Assembly (NCBI GenBank): GCA_043228905.1
Contig: JBHGNT010000009.1
Coordinates: 16,554,001 to 16,618,000, forward strand
Direction: 5' to 3'
Source of the DNA: Azolla caroliniana
Lineage: Eukaryota; Plantae; Polypodiophyta
Length of the DNA stretch: 64,000 nucleotides
In this document: positions 11,703 through 24,747 of the stretch, in pieces
How positions within the stretch are numbered: the stretch's first letter is position 1
How the letters are laid out: each line of letters starts with the position of its first letter
Notes under the pieces: generated by a model
Told to the model about the DNA's origin: nothing
The model's database searches: none
What the model saw: the letters and a program-made list of their open reading frames with translations, nothing else
Made by a program: the position numbers and the translations under genes

Positions 11703-12396
11703 ATGTTGGGAGTGTCATGAATCTTTAGATTTGATAGTTGGCTCTCAATAGCTATATTATTTGAGCATGATTAGCTTGATGATACCTCTTTTTGATGGCT
11801 GCCCATAGTTCATTGGCTGTCTCTTCATCTGTATCTTGAAATTGACGAGCGATGCTCGGTTTAGTATTAAACATGAGGAAATCATGAGCACGAGAATCCG
11901 TATCTACCAAGCTTCAATCTCCGCGTTAGATGAGCCGCAATCCAAGTAATTGTTCCCATCCAAGATGGACTCTTTAGGGAGGTGGGGAATGGTTGATGAA
12001 ACAATGGTGGCATGTGAAGCCATGTATATCCTCCTCTTGAGCTACAACTGGACAATTTGCAGCAGCTGTAAGTAGATGCTTAGGGTCTTTCTACTCCTCC
12101 CTAGATGCTAGGCGAGGCCTAGATGAGGGGAAAAGAAAAAAGAACCTCCTTTGTAGGTTGGGAGGGTGGCTGCTAAGAGAACCTCCTCTTTAGGGTTGGG
12201 AGGGAGGGATAAAAGAAGATAGGTTTGTGTGCTCTTTGGCAAAAAAAATCAGGTTGAGGATATGGAGACCTCACTGCTTTGGTACCATTTGAGAAAAGTT
12301 GTTAATAGCAGCGGAACAGTTTTTAGAACAAAATAGACACAGCCAAGCTGTGAAAAGGCTGTTAGACAGCAATAGAAAAAATTGTTGCAAAGAGTA

Positions 12397-15212
12397 TGTT
12401 AGGTGTAAAGGCCCGTAGCTCACAAATTAGGTCATTGTTGGACACCTCCTTTTGTAATGTGAACACACCGCTTTTTTTTTAGGGTTAACTAATATAGTAA
12501 CCTTTTTTCTTGTGTACCAATAAAGGCGGTTGGGTACACCAAAAATCCGTGTGTCTCTACTCTCGTCTCTACTACAGTCCTGTTTTCTGAACATCATCCC
12601 TCAATAGCTGATCCCTCAAACATCCCTCTTCACCTTTAACTGGTATCAGAGCCAAATCTCTTTCCTTTCCTTTGCTGTTTTTTTAGATTCAGAATCAGCA
12701 AAAAACACTTCAGCTTTTCTTTCAATTCTTTCAGACCCTTTCCTGTCGGTATTCTGCTCAATTTCTGAAGAAATTTGTCATAAATCTTGGGAGCAATGGC
12801 CTCCACCTCAACTGAAGTGAAAAACCTCTTTGAAATCAAGAGATTTGATGGAAAAGGTTTTGAATTGTGGAAAGAGCGTATGCTGGGCATCCTCTTTCTG
12901 AGAGATTGTGAAGATGCTCTCGTGGAAAAGAAACCAGAGAGCATGGAAAATGATGCTTGGAACACTCTAAATAAGAAAGCCATTACATATATTAAAATGC
13001 CTTTTTCTGATGAGATTCTTGTAGATAAGGGCTTGATTATTGCCCATCAAGTCTGGGAGAAACTTAAGACAACTTATGAGAATACTACTCCTGTGAATCA
13101 GGTGCATTTGATGAGAAAACTTGTCAGTATGAGGCTTGATGAGTCGAAAAATGCAATAGAGCATCTATTGTTATTCACAGGTACTTTCTCCCAACTACAA
13201 GATTCAGGATATACCAACTTTTGATGACAAGCTCAAAGCTATCTTCTTAATTATGACTTTACCCGATTCTTGGGAAACATTATTTGTTTCACTGTCTAAT
13301 AGCCCCAACTTGACCTTCAATGGTGTGGGGGGCTCTACTCTCAATGAAGAGATTAGAAGAAAATCTAGTGGAGAAGGTAGTGGTTCAACATACAATATTA
13401 GGGGGAGATATGATAACAGGAACCCAAATGTAGGACAAAGAAATAGACGTAAGAGTAAAGGGAAAGGAAAGCAACAAGATATCACATGCTATCAGTGTTT
13501 CTGTAAAGGTCATAAGAAGCTTGATTGTAGATATTTGAAGATGGAACTAGAAAGGAAGATGATAAGTTTAATAAAACAGAGAAAGCTAATATGGCTTCAA
13601 ATGCTATCATTGAAGACCTATTTGGTGAAGATGGTGATGAACTTTGTATTATAGGTGACGCCTTCATAGCTCATGTTCAAGACATGCAAATCACCAAAAT
13701 AGATGTTATTGATGCTTTATTGTCAATCGATGATGGATTGACGCAGACATGGATCATAGACTCTGGGGCTTCTTTTCATGTTACTCCATGTTTGGAGTGC
13801 TTTACCACATTTGATGTAGGCAGTTATGGAAAAGTTTATCTTGGTAACAGTAATGCTTGCAATATTGATGGTATTGGCACCATACACTTGTCTTTGGATA
13901 ATGGTTAAGAGCTCGTGCTCAAAGATGTCAGGTATGTACTTGGCATTAAGAAAAGTTTGCTATTTGTAGGACAGATGGATTTGCATGGTTACACCACATT
14001 ATTCGGTGGTGGATTGTGGAAACTTAAGAAAGGATCTATGGGTATTGTGAAAGGTTGCAAAAAGGGCACTCTCTACTGTTTGCAATGTAAAGCTTTACCT
14101 GGAAGGTTTCTTGCTATTGCTGTATTTGATTCTCGTTTAGACCTTTGGCATAAGAGATTAGGACATATGAGCCAAAAAGGACTTGAAGTCCTTTCTGCTC
14201 TAAAAAGACTTGACGTTAAAGGATCAAAGCTGGTTTTTTGTAATGATTGTCTATTTGGCAAACAAGTGAGTAATTCTTATTATTCTGGCGTCTCTCGTAA
14301 ACCAAATGTGCTAGATTTGGTGCATTTTGAGTATGTAGCATGCCTGTAAAATCTTTGGGCGGTGCTACATATTTTATTTCCTTTATCGATGATTATTCTA
14401 AGAAGATTTGGGTGTACTTGATGAAAAAAAAGGTGATGCATTTGATGCATTTAAATCTTTTCATGCATTTGTGACTACCCAAAAAGGGACAAAACTGAAA
14501 TGTCTTAGAACAAATAATGGGGGTGAGTTTACATCTGCAGAATTGAAGTCCTTTTGTGACTTACATGGTATTAAAAGAGAGCTTATAGCTCCATATAACC
14601 CTTCATCAAATGGGGTGGCAGAAAGGTATAATAGGACATTATGTGAGCGAGTACGGTGCATGCTGTCCACAGCTAAAAACTGCGGTTCATATATGTAATC
14701 GTTCTCCTAACAAGTTCTTAAAGAATGGAATCCTTGAGGAGGTTTGGTCTGGCAAACCAGCCTCATATGACCATTTACGAATTTTCGGTTGTGATGCATT
14801 TGTACACATTAGAAGTGAGCTAAGGAACAGGCTCAATGCTAAGTCCACCATGGGCATTTTTATGGGCTATGGTGATGAATGGGCTATAGGATTTGGTTAC
14901 CTCAGTCCTGAAAAATTGTATGCAGCCGGGATGTTGTTTTTAATGAAGAAAAATTGCTGAAAAATGCTTGTTCTTCTGTTGGGAACTCTAAGAGCGTTAC
15001 ATTTCAGCAATTACAGCCATCCACAAAATCTGAAAATAAACCTCATGATGCTATACCAAAGGTTGAATATGATGATCAACCGGTTATCCTTGAGCCAGAA
15101 GAAGTTGGACAGCAAAGAGATGCTCATGAAGGTGTTGGACAACGAGATGAAGGTACTGAACAACATTCTTCCATCAGCTTGGTGATCTCCTCCTTGTGAC
15201 TCGTTGAAAGTT
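12397..15212 (+). mobile_element. 3'-truncated decayed copia E inserted in the 5' LTR of element C
   Basis: LTR from tgttagg at 12397; PBS tggtatcagagcc 12641-12653; broken gag (FDGKGFELWK), PR (WIIDSGAS) and IN; RT absent. Confidence 0.85.
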
Positions 15213-15452
15213 CGTTGTGAAGATTCATGGCCATAGTGAGAAAACCGGAGAAGTTAGTGGCATTGGCGAAGTGCATCATGTGCACTTACCCTTGTATAAA
15301 CGTGTGAATAATAGGGGTGCCTTTATGGCGCCGAATAGGAGTTAAGTTGGGATAGAGAATCCCATGTAATAAGGGATTTATCCCACATTGTTATGCGTCC
15401 CTCTCCTTGTTCTATAAAAGGAAGAGAGTGTCCCTTGTAAAAGGCGTTGCCA
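15213..15452 (+). mobile_element. Partial LTR of the same family as element A
   Basis: Aligns by eye with 56524-56763 (ggatttatcccacattg, ccctctccttgttctataaaaggaag); truncated by a deletion that rejoins the LTR end of C. Confidence 0.8.
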
Positions 15453-17423
15453 GATGAAAGACAGTGCAGGTTTGGAGTTGCCACCCTCCAACAATGCTCA
15501 CTATCAACCACGCTTTCTAGTCTCTATAGAGGTGAGGTATCACATTACATAGAGAGGTTCAGGTGTTCTGGAGCATGTCCAAAAGGTATAGCCCATGTAA
15601 ATATTACTATATGCTGATGATATTGTGCTGATTTTTGACTCTCCGGAGGGACTACAAAGACATCTAAGTTCCTTAGAAGTATTTGATACGGACAAAGGTT
15701 TGTCGATAAACATGGATAAAACTAAAGTGATGGTGTTTCACACCACTCAAGCATGGTTAACAAGATCAGAAACAGAATTCTTCTTGTGAGATGAAAAGGT
15801 GGCATACATGCTCCTACACATGCCTAGGAATAACATTAACAGGGCCTAGGTTCTCCACACGAGAGGCTGCTTGGACGTGACTTTCTCGTGGGTATGCACC
15901 CCTTGGTGTTCTTGAAAAGATGATGTGCACATTTCCAATTCCAAGAGCCAAGAACTAAACCATGGTTATTTGATACAATTGTGACACCAACGCTTCTCTA
16001 TGGAGTCTTAGCTAGGCAAATAACTGGAAAGATTTAGAGTGACCTTTAATCTCAAGGATTGCCTGCATGATAAGGGGCAAAGCATCGGTGCCCCATGATA
16101 TAATCCGAGTAAAGATGGCAGTAGCCCCTATAAACATTGAGGCACTATTCAGATCTGTAACTTGTATCCAATGGCTTTTGGAGCTCCCTAACTGAAGGTA
16201 CTCAAGGTTGGCACTTGTGTCATCAAAACAACTTGTTGAACATAGAGACATTCATTGTTGGTATGCTGAAATGCAATAGTGATTTGAGTCACATGGCATA
16301 ATCGTAAATGCCCTACCCCCTTGGATTGTCACTATCTAAACATGACCAAAGTGGAAAAGAATAGAGTGATTGATCCCAACTGATATTATTAACCTGGAAA
16401 ATAAGATAGCATAGATTAGCCCATAAATATCACTTGGTAGGAACATGGCCCACTATAAGACACTTTTCACACACATTGGAAGATGGATTCATCATAAGGT
16501 CATCTTTATATGGACATACATCTTTCCTATGCATTGTATAGTGTGATAGTGCAGCTGTGAACTTCGTCATATCAGTTAGAGGTATATAGAGATACATGAA
16601 TATTGTTAGAAGAATGAATTTGCCAATTGTGTCAGCAAGGAGTGGAATTGGAAATAAACTATGTCATTGTACTATATTTTATGAAATAAGAGGGAGACAC
16701 CATTACCTCTTTAAGCAAGGCTTTGGCCCACTACAAAAGGCAATGGAATATGAAGATCGACATTGGTTGGGGCTTTTCTTGTGAGAACTCAAAAGACATA
16801 GGGAAAAGTTGTTAACGAACAACAATACAACCATGCAAGCTCATCAACAAAGAACAATAACAAGTATCTTTAGCCCCATTACTCCTACTCATGCTACAAG
16901 TAAATCAAGGGCTACACAAATAGGCTCTCGACAAGACGTAACTGAGTGGCAATGGCAATTTGTCGTGCATGTAGGCCCTGGCCACATGGACGACACCCTC
17001 CTCGTCGACAGATAAAGGCAATTATCTCCTGCGATCGCATGTGCTTCCCTTGCTTTGGAGACCTCTCCATTCTGGATCAATCTATGCTAGAGATCTTTTG
17101 AAGGGAGAAATTACAATCTATTTGACTTGAAAATCGTACATGTGCCTGTAGCAAGATTCTTTAGTTTCTTTTTATCTTATTTACTCTTATTTACTAGTAA
17201 CATTTATTTTGATTTGTTGTTCTCAAAAGGTGGGACAACATTTAAGATATATAATCTCTTGATTGGTCTTATAGGCCATTTTGGCCTCATAAATTTTTTT
17301 AATATACCTTTATTTCTTTTTGTACATTTTTTCACGTTATTTGAATATATGAAATACGTGTACTTCTAGCTGTAGTCATGACAAATGTTGCTACTCTAAT
17401 ATTTTCTAGTCTTATTTTCTCAG

Positions 17424-17463
17424 GGTACTCGCTTAGGAACGTCTGAGCCCAAAGGCTGTTTCA
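17424..17463 (+). CDS. UAP1: UAP exon following the 16.9-kb intron
   Basis: Encodes GTRLGTSEPKGCF; ttctcag| and |gtaagt; completes the nucleotidyltransferase signature in phase. Confidence 0.95.
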
Positions 17464-18450
17464 GTAAGTTCTCAGCACACTTAATGCAATTGATCTCTCG
17501 CATAACATGAAAGTACATGCATTTTATTTCCTAGTGTCATAATACTGATGCTTTATATTCTTGCTACCCACTACTTGTTGGTTTATAACATGTGTATAGA
17601 AGGCTTATTGTTCATTTGGGTCTTTTATTACCTTATTCTATGATCCGTTATGTTATTTTTAAAACTTAACCATGGAAAGTCTTGCATTTTTGAAATCCAA
17701 TGTTTATATTGTAAAGATCTGAGTGATGTGTCCTAGTACCTATATCTCCAATCATGGTTTTATTTCTGTACAGTACAATTGCCACTGCAAGATATGGGAA
17801 TATATTGATTTTGATGTAGTCTTTGTAGCAAGCGATTATCGTTATGGATGTAGCATTTAGGATCAATGATAGACTGTAGGGCAGAATTAGTGGGAAACTG
17901 GTTTTCCTAGGACTTGAGGACAACCCATAAAGACCTGGAAGATTTGGCAGTTTAGAAGCCTAAAGATTTCATTTGTATGAGGAAGCTCCCCTTGTACACA
18001 GCATATTAGAGACACAAGGCTCTCATATTTTGTATCTCTCTGTGGTTTCCTCCTGAGCTATAATGCAAGGCCAAATTTGGTGTTATGGGATGCCGATGGG
18101 GTTTTGTATCTATCCCTTATTCTTTGCACGGGGGTGCTTGATGTAGGTAACCACCCTTAATCCTTTCATTTCATCAATTGCTTATCATTAGTATTGATTA
18201 ATATTGATGAGTTAATGGATCACAAGATGCCATATCTAGGTGGTCTAGGTATTATGCTAGTCTCAATCAAACCTCATTTGTCTTGTTCATAACTGTGGAT
18301 ATATGCCTTACTTTCCTTATATTTAGAGTTTTGCGATTTGATGAGACTATGCTAGAATGTAGATTCAGTGCCTATACATGTATTAATGAATAATCCAGGT
18401 GGATTTGATGAGATCAATGTTTGTAATCATAAGTTCTTTTATTTGGACAG

Positions 18451-18543
18451 ATATTGGGCTTCCCTCTGGAAAATCTTTATTCCAATTGCAAGCAGAACGC
18501 ATGCTACGAATTCAGAACTTGGCTTCATCAACAATTGCTAATG
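18451..18543 (+). CDS. UAP1: UAP exon
   Basis: Encodes (N)IGLPSGKSLFQLQAERMLRIQNLASSTIAN(G); AG/GT boundaries; phases consistent. Confidence 0.95.
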
Positions 18544-18625
18544 GTTAGATAGAAATACTTTATTATTAGTATTAGACAATCTGATGGCCAAACACCTTTT
18601 TTGACTAATATATACTAATATTCAG

Positions 18626-18732
18626 GGCGGAAAGTTCAGATAGCTTGGTACATTATGACAAGCCTATTCACAAGGGATTCAACCCAGCAGTTTTTTGAGA
18701 AAGAGAGCTTCTTTGGCTTAGACCCAGAACAG
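18626..18732 (+). CDS. UAP1: UAP exon ending at a GC donor
   Basis: Encodes RKVQIAWYIMTSLFTRDSTQQFFEKESFFGLDPEQ; the only in-phase donor is cag|gcaagg. Confidence 0.88.
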
Positions 18733-18861
18733 GCAAGGTCCTGTGCCAATAAAATGAGATAACATGCATAGACATGGGAAATTGTAAACTGTTTTTGGGG
18801 CATGAATTGATGGTTTCTTCTGAAATTTTGATCTGTTTCTTGGTCTTTCTGCTTTTTTCAG

Positions 18862-18936
18862 GTTATATTCTTTGAGCAGGGCACATTGCCATGTATATCA
18901 AAACAAGGGAAGTTTATAATGGAGACACCGATACAG
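18862..18936 (+). CDS. UAP1: UAP exon
   Basis: Encodes VIFFEQGTLPCISKQGKFIMETPIQ; AG/GT boundaries. Confidence 0.95.
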
Positions 18937-19735
18937 GTGAAGATGCTGTTCTATTTCATATACCGGTGGACAACACATTATGTGTGCATATGTTTATAAT
19001 TGTCTATATAGCCATTTGCCTATTCCCGAACAATATATACAATTCCTCCAGAAATGTGTCTATATAGCATTGGCCAATCTGTCACATGTTTTTCAAACAA
19101 TATATACAATTCTTCCAGAATTATGAGTCATATTGGCCACATTACATATACTATAATGTGCACTTTTAAAACAATACATTGTAGATATAATCAAAATTCT
19201 TATTCGTCAACAATCAAGGTTCAATTAAAACTAGATTTTGAAAATACACATATCAAGACATTAATAAATATGAGCTAGATTCAATCATTTAAGGCAAACT
19301 TCAGAAAACCAGGAAGCTGATCATTGATTAGTCATGACTCATGACTGAAATCTGATTTTTAACACACAGAGAATAAAGTTAGGAATCTAGAGCCTAAACC
19401 TTTGGCTCGCTAGAAGAGGATGTAGAAGTTGACATGGAGAAAATGGACATATCTAATGCAGCTGAGCTTGTTGAAGCAACATTACAACTTAGACACGAGG
19501 ATCTAAGATTATAGGTTGGCTCACTAACTCTTGAATGCATATGGTACAACTCCGTGTCCTATGGGAAGATGATCAACATCTCATTCACATTTTCAATGTC
19601 GATCTTATTGATACTGACTTGATGAGGTTGGATGGTGAGACCTTTCCCTAGAAGAGGCAAATTGCAATATCAATAATTTAGTATCTTCAACTGTGAAGTA
19701 CTTGGTCAGTTTCTCCAATTATTGTCACCTGGATT

Positions 19736-20219
19736 TAACAATCGGTAACGCTTCGGTTCGAGACTGTCAAAACCAAACCAGTTTCAAACCGAATCGTTTA
19801 AAAAATTTGAAATTGGAACCGAACCAAACCACGAAACCATTTAAACTGAACCGTACAAAAAATTCGAACCATTAAATCGTCAAAACCACTGTTTCATGGT
19901 TCGGTTTCAGTTTTCAAGTTAGGTCAAAATTCAAACTTTCAATTTTAAAATTATTCATATTTCAAATTTTAATTTTTCAAAATTTTATAGTTTTTTCCTA
20001 AAATGTGAGAATTAGGCTGAAAAATGAAAAGGTTGTTTATGAAAATATAAAAAAAATCAATTGGCAACCCTAAACCATCAAACCGTTCACCCCTTAAACT
20101 GAACCAAACGGAAACCGAACCGTTAAAAAAACTTGAACCAGAACCGTTTTAACTGTTAAGCTGTTAAGCCATTGGTTTGCGGTTTGGTTCGGTTCAAACC
20201 AAACCGTTGCCAAATGTTA
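19736..20219. mobile_element. hAT-type MITE, family 1, second copy
   Basis: TIRs taacaatcggtaacg / cgttgccaaatgtta; TSD cctggatt / catggatt (7 of 8); colinear with 11226-11702. Confidence 0.9.
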
Positions 20220-20329
20220 CATGGATTGACATTGTTCAATCTTGTGATAGAACATGGATTGCAAGGGTTCGTCGTCAAGAAGTAATACAGAATATTATAT
20301 TGGTATAGATATCCTTGGGCCTCTAAAGA

Positions 20330-21420
20330 GCACACAGCCCCATTCAAGCTTGATGAAACATCATTTGTGACTTGCAGCATTTGTAGGAGTGACATGACTA
20401 GAGAAAGTTGTGAATGTTCTTTGTTGATGAGTTCGTGTGGCTGTACTATTGTCCTTTAACAACTCGCCCTTTTTCTCGCGAGTTTAGCAAAGAAAAGTTC
20501 CAATCATCGTTGGTCCCTATTATATTACCATGTGTAGTGGGCCAAAGTCTTGCTTAAAGGGGCAATGGTAGCTCCCTCTTATTTCATTAAAAAGGGTACA
20601 ATGGCAATCATAGTGTTCTTCATATTCCACTCTCTAATGATAGAATTGGCAAATTCTTTCTTCTAGAGGCTTTCATGCATATTTTCCTACCTCAATCTCT
20701 AACAGATGTGAGGAAGATTACAGCTGGCCCATCACACTGTGCAACACATAGGATAGATGTATGTCCATACGAGGGCCTGATGATAAATCCACTCTCCAAA
20801 TTGTGTAAAAAGGGTTTTATAGTGGGCCGACTATGCAAGGCAATGGAATATGAGGGCCAACAGTGCTTGGGGCTTTTCTTGCAAGAATTCAAGAAACAAA
20901 AGTAAAAGCTGTTGGACAACAATACAGCCACACATGCTTATCAACAAAGAACAATCACAACTTTCTTTAGCCCCATCACTCCTACTCATGGTACGAGTCA
21001 ATCAAGTGCTAGACAAATGGGCACCTGACTAGGACATAATAATGGGGGTTACAATAGATCAGGCAATAGCAATTTGCAGTGCACGTAGGCCTTGGACCCG
21101 TGGACCACGACCCCACCACCCTTGTCATCAACAAATAAAGGCCATTATCTCAGACTATCGCAAGTTCTTCCCTCCCTTTGCAGACCTCTCCATTTTGGAT
21201 CGACGTATGCTAGATATATTTGGAAGACAATGACTTTAGAATCTTACATGTACCAATAACAAGATTCTTTAGTCTTTTTTTATCTTATTTACTTCTTTTA
21301 ATTAGTAACATTTATTTTGGTTTGTTCTCAAAGATGAGACCTCACTAGAGATGTAATCTCTTATTTGATCTTATTGGCCATCTTGGCCTCTTGAAAGACA
21401 TTAATATATCTTTCTTTTTG
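20330..21420. mobile_element. Two LINE 3' fragments joined back-to-back (- strand about 20330-20828, + strand about 20826-21420)
   Basis: Both align by eye with the LINE 3' region 16450-17320; boundaries approximate. Confidence 0.7.
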
Positions 21421-22413
21421 TTGTCATCCGATTTGAGATTTATTGTGGGTAATTTGCCTCATGATCAAGTGGGTAAGAGAAATCTTTTGCTGATTTATCA
21501 TGGATAGTGCAACTAGAACCTGCATGCCGTAATATTTACATCATCACTTGATCCTCTCGTTTCTTTTGCACCAATGGATGCGGAGGATGAATGATGGCAA
21601 CTAATGGTGAACCTGTGGTTGTAGATGATTGCCAATAATCCACCAAATGAGCCATCCTTTTCTTAGTACGATCTCTTCCATTTAGTACGCTTCTTGATTC
21701 CTTTGCCCTTGACACCAATTAAATGTGCTTCCAATTTTCTAAGAAATCCTGTGGATGAAATGCCACAAAATTTGCAGGTGAAGTTTCTATTCCCAGTTCC
21801 TTTACTTAACCCCTAAACTTTCTGTTTTTCGGACCATGCTTCGTCCCATAGTGTGCTCAGTGGCTTTGTTTTGATTAACTATTCTCAGCTGCATCAATTT
21901 AAGGGAAGACCTGCTACATGTGTTGTCGATGCCCTGCGGTCTATGTACTTGCTGCCTTGGTATTTGTGTATTTGGTTGCCTCTGTTACTTGTGTATTCGT
22001 TGCATAATTGCCTGTGTAATCAGTGCATTTTTGTCACCAAAAAAGTGCACAATATATTGGGACGTAGTGAAACTGTTTAGGGATTTTTTTTCCTGTCAAC
22101 CCAGATGCATCTGATTCAAGATGTTTGATGTGGCGCATCTACATCTTACACATCTTACTTTAAGATGCCTGCATCTGTGAAACACTGGTTTTGGCTAAAT
22201 TTTAATAACACTGCATGATTTGAGAAGTTTTGCAACTGTCTTTTTGCACATGGCAATGATACATTGTGCAAGTTTGCTGATATTGATATTGATCTTTAAC
22301 ATTTTTACTAAGGTTTAATCACCTGTATTGCACTTTAAATATTCAGAGTGTGGATTAAATTTTATTTATTTATTCTAGTATTAGTTTTTGAATGCAAGTT
22401 TATACCTATGTAG

Positions 22414-22453
22414 GTGGCTAAAGCTCCAGATGGAAATGGTGGTGTTTATACAG
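22414..22453 (+). CDS. UAP1: UAP exon
   Basis: Encodes VAKAPDGNGGVYT (conserved PDGNGG); tag| and |gtatg. Confidence 0.95.
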
Positions 22454-22759
22454 GTATGCTGAAAAACTATCACAGCTTGTGAATGGAATTCCTATAGATT
22501 CTTACTCTATGTAAAATGGTTTTTTAGCTCCTCTTTAATTTACGTTGGGCCTGCTATTGTGAGTACCTCCACTATATATAACCTTCGGGTTTTGTTTGTC
22601 AATGAATCCAACTCTTTGCTTGTGTGACTGCTCACAGTCTTGGAAGTAGGATTTAAGGTCAATATCATAGTTCTCACACAAAGTTACTGTTTATTTTCTT
22701 TTAATAGGATTCAGTCTCATCATGTTCATAGTATAACCATTTTTAAATAACTCTTGCAG

Positions 22760-22842
22760 CTTTAAAAGTATCGGGTTGCTTGGATGACATGGCTCGACGA
22801 GGCGTCAAATATATAGACTGCTTCAGTGTTGATAATGCTTTG
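22760..22842 (+). CDS. UAP1: UAP exon
   Basis: Encodes (A)LKVSGCLDDMARRGVKYIDCFSVDNAL (VDN motif); AG/GT boundaries. Confidence 0.95.
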
Positions 22843-23093
22843 GTAGGTGCCCTGACATTAATAATTATGTCTCTACTATAGGATCAGTGGTGAACTTTTG
22901 GACAGAAGTTTCTAATAATAAAGTTTCCCTTATCTTCAGATAATAGAATATATGAGAAGAGGGGAATAAGTATGAACTTAATTGCGAATACTTTGTAGCT
23001 ATTAATTGTACCATTTCATGAGTTGCGGATTGTTGAGTGACATTTCTTCTTGAAGTGAACTTTGTTTTTCTCATGTTTTACCTTTTCTGTCAG

Positions 23094-23171
23094 GTACGTG
23101 TGGCAGATCCTGTTTTTCTAGGTCATGTTATTGAAAAAGGTGTTGCCTGTGCAGCGAAAGTTGTGAGGAAG
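23094..23171 (+). CDS. UAP1: UAP exon
   Basis: Encodes VRVADPVFLGHVIEKGVACAAKVVRK; AG/GT boundaries. Confidence 0.95.
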
Positions 23172-23991
23172 GTAATAAGGTCATTACTGTTTATTCTGAT
23201 TAAGGAGATGCTAAGCATTTTCTGGAAGTTGTCGAAGAGTTTATGTTCATTTTGCATGAAATTTAGAGTACCTAGGGAAATGCTTTATCACTTGATTATA
23301 TGGGTTTATATAAATTGTGCAGTGATAAAAGGAAGGCCAATGCTGCAGACAGAACTTGGTGATATATGTTAACATTAGAATATACAAGTCATTATGCATC
23401 AGACACATCACTGGTTTGCATGGTATTTGTATATGAGTTTGATATCTGATTCAAACATGCTCATGAATGAAGTCATTGCTAGGTCATTTAATTGAAATTT
23501 GCTTGATGTATTGTGTTTTCTATCCATGAAATATCCTGGTTTGGAACTCTATCCGGATCCTATACTTGTGGAAATTCCCCTTGTATAAAAGCTAAAGGTT
23601 TGCCTATTGTTCATAACCTCTGAAATTAGATATAGCTATAGCAATGTCAACCTTTTCACAAACCATTCACAATTAGATGCCTTATTCTGATTCTTTATTA
23701 TTTATTTTAAACTTCAGACCATTATTTAGACAGCCACGTGATGATGAGTTCTATATAATCTTTAATGAATTAAAATGTTTGACTTCTTACATGACGGGAT
23801 ACTAGCCATTCAATATGTAAGCATACCATTTAAAGAACTAGATGAATTGAATTGAACTATGATCTCTGCATTGCTTGGTAAAGAAATTGAGATTACATTT
23901 GATTTTCCCTTTTTATTGCAGGGAAACTCAAATTTGTTTATAGGTTCCTTAAATAAATTTTCTACAATTGCTAAAACACCTATATTTACAG

Positions 23992-24135
23992 GCATTTCCT
24001 CAGGAGAAGGTTGGTGTTTTTGCACGTCGTGGTAAAACGGGTCCTCTTGCAGTAGTTGAATACAGTGAGCTAGACTCTTCACTTGCGTATGCTATCAACC
24101 AACAAACTGGACGGCTTCGTTTTCTTTGGAGTAAT
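23992..24135 (+). CDS. UAP1: UAP exon
   Basis: Encodes AFPQEKVGVFARRGKTGPLAVVEYSELD...GRLRFLWSN (EYSE motif); |gtaag donor. Confidence 0.95.
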
Positions 24136-24747
24136 GTAAGATATTTCCCTTTCCCTGGTGCTTACTACTGTGAGCATAAGGTTGGATGTTTTAAGTTGTA
24201 AACATTTGAAGGAAAAACAATGTATACAGTAGAAAAACTATGAAAGTCTCTCATACACATGATTTTTTAGGTTTTAGATGTGAGTTTGCTGTGTAAAATC
24301 ATCCTAAACTATTGAGTAGAATCACTTACAACCAATTTATACCTTAGTACAAAAATGCAAAGCATTGATACAGCCTTCTATACCTTGGATTCAACCTTAA
24401 TTAAGTCTCCTTAGTATGAAGGTGCAAAACATCGAGAAATCCATTTGTACCTTGGATTCCACATTACTCAACTGTCCCCAAAGATATTATTGCCCTGAGA
24501 TACGTTCACATAAAATTCCATGTCTACAGTTGATATTTCTGTTTTGATCATCAACATTGAATTTTGCATTCTCCCTTGGTGGCAAGTACTTCTTACTAGT
24601 AAAATTTGCTGCTTGGATGCTGCACTCTTCAAGGCATTTGTTATTGAGGATATTTTTCTGTTTCTCCCAGTGATATCCAAATAAATTTTCTATTTTGGCA
24701 CTAGCATTTTATACTGTGCTGTCATTGATGTTTCTTGCAAAGATATA

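Larger units (their letters stand above)
2029..15493 (-). mobile_element. Decayed Ty1/copia element C (3' LTR 2029-2485; 5' LTR split into about 12288-12396 and about 15453-15493)
   Basis: RT/RNaseH remnants 2490-3405; gag/PR/GAG-pre remnants about 9965-12020; iMet-type PBS (tggtaccaaagc on - strand) near 12276-12287; flanks atgtc (2024-2028) and atgct (15494-15498) fit a decayed ATGCC TSD that restores the LINE frame. Confidence 0.8.
1850..17370 (+). mobile_element. 5'-truncated decayed LINE, split by copia C (pieces about 1850-2028 and 15494-17370)
   Basis: RT motifs DFRKSF and STIGVTQGC|(P)LS(P)TL read across the insertion; ILLYADDIVLI near 15600; C-terminal Cys-rich CQLC...HC near 16620-16670; many stops; ends approximate. 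Confidence 0.8.

Noticed and set aside
18650-24135. UAP pseudogene or changed function suggested by substitutions (TSLFT for TSPFT, CFSVDN, RFLWSN)
   Set aside because: All exons are in frame with no stops and core motifs are retained (GGQGTRLG, PKG, PDGNGG, VDN, EYSE, KLEQFIFD, FAPVKN); the substituted sites vary among eukaryotic UAPs
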